Of a DNA stretch of 64,000 nucleotides, positions 62,518 to 64,000 are shown piece by piece. The position numbers and the translations under genes were made by a program. Source of the stretch: Podarcis pityusensis (Eukaryota); assembly GCA_964106645.2 (NCBI GenBank), contig OZ067048.1; one strand, given 5' to 3'. The notes under the pieces are model-generated. The model did not search any database. It was given only the letters and a program-made list of their open reading frames with translations, and was not told the origin of the DNA. Position 1 is the stretch's first letter; the number at the start of each line of letters is the position of its first letter.

Positions 62518-64000
62518 GTCTGTTGAGAGAGCAGGGATTTGGGTTCCATTTGATATTTCATCATGCAACTCAATATGCTAATAACAGTTGATGCACAATT
62601 TCCCCTTGTTGGATTGTGTTGGAATCAATGAAGGCTGCACAGCAATAGTGCTTAGGCAAGCAAGCGGCAATTACATTTCTTGCCCTGAAGGCTGCTCTGA
62701 GGATTGACTGATCCTCCAAGGGCCACTTGCAGCGTTGGATGTGGCCAATGCACACTCCCTCGCATGAGCACACTCACCACCACAGATAATGCACACATGT
62801 TCAAATTCATTCAGACAGCTGCCTACCCCCAAAACTCAGTTGAGTAGCTGAAGACAGGTGGGCTTTCTTCCCCCATGGCAGTGCTGAGCTTGGGAGGAGA
62901 GGATCTGCAGTGAGGAAGAGAGCTACCCACTTACCTTGCAAAGGAGACTCCTCTCTCTCTGATTAACACCATTGCAAGAAGGTCTTAAGGCTTATGAAAC
63001 AGGAAGGAACATTCTTTCCTGTTTCCTAAGACATTCATGCAGTGATGTTGCGCCACAGAGACAAGGGCTTCCTTTGTAAGGTAAGTAGAGGCAGAGGTGC
63101 CTGGTTTTTGATGGCTGGCAGGCCCTCTGCAGCAAGGGATACCTCAGCAGAAATTTCAAAAAAGAAAACTGAATTTTGGGGGGTCCGGGGGGGATGTGTA
63201 CCAGGATAATATTTGGTAAGAAAAAACCTTTTGTGGTAACTGGATCTGAGCTGTGGGTTAGCCACCCCTGGCTAAAGGAATCGCACCCAAAAGCATTAAC
63301 TTCTATTTTATATTTTCCAAGAAGACTGAGCTATTTAAGTCAACACAACACACCTACCTATGTACTTTCTCTATGTACTTTTTCCTGTATTCTAGAATCA
63401 AACTCACTTGGTCCACTCATTGCCTCTCGGCCTAATTTACCTCAAATATTTATTTGTGAGGAATAACATGAAAGAAAACGTTCTTCTAGGAGGAAAAATG
63501 GAACAGAAATGTGGTTAATAAAACAAAATGTTTTGGCTTACAAGAAGAGCTAAAGTGTTTTTTAACAGATTTCCTTCTTTGCGGATTTAAGAGGCGGTTA
63601 AGACCTCTGCCTTAACTGGTACATGCTGCTTAAGCAGTAAACACATCATAGAGACTATGAGTTTATGCACGGAGATCTTTCTTTGCTTGTCCCTAGCGTT
63701 TTCACCAAATCTTCCATGCCCCTGACAGGCAGCCAATTTTAGTAAGAGCTGGGAGAGCAGCCTGCTGCACTGTGTGTTTAAAGTTGAGCCTGACTTTTCC
63801 GTAAGCTGAAAAACAGGTGAAGCCAAACAGCACAACATGCAAAGGCTGGTGGTAGCTAGCTGCTGGAGGCTGGACATTTATTAATTTAAAAGCTATTTTA
63901 AAAAATGCTGGAGTATTGGGAAAGAGGTTGCAGGATGTGTGGAGGTAGCCTAAGGAAGTTAAGAGTGGCACCTGCTGAGCCCTCTAGTGGTAGCTACTGT

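Noticed and set aside
63140-63260. Possible exon 8 (cagcagaaattt...)
   Set aside because: Translation does not give the expected ENFGPDF...FFSVFAIFFPAATGILAG sequence, so exon 8 must lie beyond the window.

Overview
Eukaryotic (vertebrate) genomic DNA, almost certainly from a squamate and probably a lacertid lizard. The evidence is several full-length Sauria SINEs with (ACCTTT)n tails and a CORE-type SINE with a (CTT)n tail. The only protein-coding gene I can support is SLC12A2 (NKCC1, Na-K-2Cl cotransporter 1) on the + strand. Its CpG-island promoter lies at about 39.96-42.1 kb and coding exons 1-7 at 41214-62213 (1318 nt, about 439 aa, all GT-AG and phase-consistent); the gene continues beyond the window. 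The upstream 40 kb is intergenic and rich in transposable elements: three solo LTRs, Tc2-, Tigger- and hAT-type MITEs, L1, L2 and CR1 fragments, and SINEs. There are hints of a divergent non-coding transcript. I found no clear-cut new multi-gene system. The best leads are (1) a TSD-flanked solo LTR whose U3 carries a 211-codon open frame ending in an arginine-rich, Rev-like motif, (2) a Sauria SINE with a twin-priming-type 5' inversion, (3) a patchwork templated insertion inside a MITE copied from about 660 bp away, (4) an L1 internal fragment flanked by a 31-bp duplication, and (5) inverted palindromic MITEs bracketing a weak-acceptor NKCC1 exon 7. TE family names come from recalled motifs, not a database search. 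Most ORFs in the supplied track are spurious.
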